From Nemertoderma westbladi (Eukaryota; Animalia; Xenacoelomorpha), in NCBI GenBank assembly GCA_032718475.1, contig JAUCBJ010008650.1, positions 1 to 35,373 on the forward strand: a stretch of DNA of 35,373 bases, written 5' to 3'. A program made the translations under genes and the position numbers. The notes under the pieces are model-generated. The model had not been told where the DNA came from and did no database searches. It saw only the letters and a program-made list of their open reading frames with translations. This document shows, in pieces, positions 33,890-35,373 of the stretch (within the stretch, counting starts at the first letter, position 1; each line of letters starts with the position of its first letter).

Positions 33890-34551
33890 TGGAAGGTAAA
33901 ACGAACTTAGATCCTGCAGGGCCTGACTTTGATGAACTTAGATCTTTGCGATCTTAGGTCCTATATGGGTTAAGTTAGATCCTAACTAGATGAACTTAGA
34001 TCCTAACTAGGAACTTAGATCCTATATGGGTTAAGTTAGATCCTAACTAGATGAACTTAGATCCTAACTAGATGAACTTAGATCCTAACTAGATGAACTT
34101 AGATCCTATCTGGGTGAACTTAGATCTAACTAGGTGAACTTAGATCCTAACTTGGGGAATTTAGTTCCTACCCTGGTGAACTTAGATCCGAATTTATGCT
34201 ATTTAAGAGCCATTATGGTAACGAACTTAGATCCCACGTGTACTGTGCGTTGGCCGCGTTCTATCGATATTATAGTATATTGTACTGTGTTACATTAAAC
34301 ATATAAAAGTACTTATAATGATCTAATGCAAATAGGTCATATTGCGATATCAGTGACTCACCAACAAACTATAATTTACCAATTAATAGCTAATTCGTTG
34401 CAATGAATTGGTGGTATAGGACCTAAGTTCGCTTCCCTTCAAGCGTGATAATATTTACAGTAAGGTCTGCTGGCCTAAGGTAATGATATTTCAAATTAAC
34501 ACGTAGCAACAGAAGCACTGTATGCAAGGTGGGATCTGGGATCTAAGTTCG
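33890..34551. mobile_element. Foldback/MITE-like element with ~21-bp subterminal tandem repeats
   Basis: GAACTTAGATCC-core repeats at 33904-34236 with inverted copies at 34419-34442 and 34537-34551 (CGAACTTAGATCCCA / TGGGATCTAAGTTCG, perfect 15 bp). Boundaries uncertain. Confidence 0.5.
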
Positions 34552-34564
34552 TATATTGAGGATA

Positions 34565-35373
34565 TACTACTACTACTAGGATCGGCATGCTGCATTGCAG
34601 CTGGATTTTTAAGAATGCTGTGCCGGCTTGTCGACAAAATTGCGCCGCCACAACTCCCTATCACCCATGACATTTGCTAGATCATCCGCATCTTCAAGGC
34701 CAGTGTCCTTTAAGATGCATCTCAATAAAGTCATGGGCTGTCCACCATGCTTATTCACTCCATGAGGCTGCCAAAGTACAAGATTATGCACTGGCTGGTC
34801 CTCTCGGCGAAAGCAATGTTCTGCAAAGAGGAGGCGATTTTGTTCTAGTGTCAAGCTTGGGGGAACCAATGAGACACTTCCAATGTTATATAGTGTCTGG
34901 TTGGAGATGTGTGCATTGTACTTGACACAATGAACCCGGCGTAGCATTCTTGTGAATGTGCCATCCAGAGATTTGGTGTCCTCAGCAGTTAGAGCCCAGC
35001 ATGGACTCCCATAGAGGAGTACTGGAACTACTGCTGCTCTAAATAATCGGACTTTAAGCTTCCGATTAATTCTCGGAGAATTCCAAATCCTGGAAAGCCT
35101 ATTCAAGGCTGCCCATGCCTTTCCCTTACGTATTCGAAGGTCCTCACCTGACTTCCGGATCCATGATCCCAGGTAACAGAAGTCGTCCACATGCTCAAGC
35201 ATACCATCCTTTGAGCTTATGCTCATCCGATCAGAGACTTGCTGATGACTTTCAAAGTTAACTCTCAACCTTTTGGACTTTTTTGGTCTTTCTGGAGTTA
35301 ATAAAAAGACCAACACTAGAAGCAGCATGTTCTAATGAGCTAAGGAGCCGTTGGGCTCCCTCTAGTGATTCTC
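34565..35373 (-). mobile_element. RTE-clade-like LINE, 3' portion with a frameshift; continues beyond the window
   Basis: ESLEGAQRLLSSLEHAASSVGLFINSRKTK in one frame, then after a frameshift near 35270-35285 HVDDFCYLGSWI...KAWAALNRLSRIW...VLLYGS..W...TRMLRR...DRELWR; stop at 34609; short (TAG)n tail at ~34565-34579. Confidence 0.88.

Noticed and set aside
35344-35365. GGAGCC-GTTG-GGCTCC plus CTAG as a Helentron 3' end
   Set aside because: Lies inside the LINE reverse-transcriptase coding frame (SLEGAQRLL) and no matching 5' subTIR was found.

Overview
AT-rich animal (metazoan) genomic DNA with GT-AG introns; no prokaryotic features. The right half holds two divergent ciliary genes whose ATGs are about 1.8 kb apart. 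One is a five-coding-exon FoxJ1-like forkhead gene on the minus strand (28351->22564, ~651 aa predicted). The other is the first two coding exons of axonemal dynein light chain 4 (DNAL4) on the plus strand (30187-30264, 33617-33700), which the ORF track misses. Between them is a compact cluster of RFX X-box-like, CCAAT and forkhead motifs. The left half is mostly repetitive: an open minus-strand ORF running off the left edge behind a ~3 kb hairpin-rich leader (possibly a retroelement gag), a 10.5 kb head-to-tail array of seven non-autonomous Helentron-type (DINE-1/HINE-like) elements, two carrying (GAGCC)n satellites, and a 5.9 kb 39-bp satellite with a 1170-bp higher-order duplication. A 36-bp minisatellite fills FoxJ1 intron 4. 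The DNAL4 introns contain an L2 fragment, a third Helentron family, a foldback-like element and an RTE-like LINE. TAGGCCTA and TACCGGTA are strongly over-represented, and one copy is an apparent 6-nt insertion in the decayed L2 ORF, suggesting transposon excision footprints. All calls are by eye; no searches were run.
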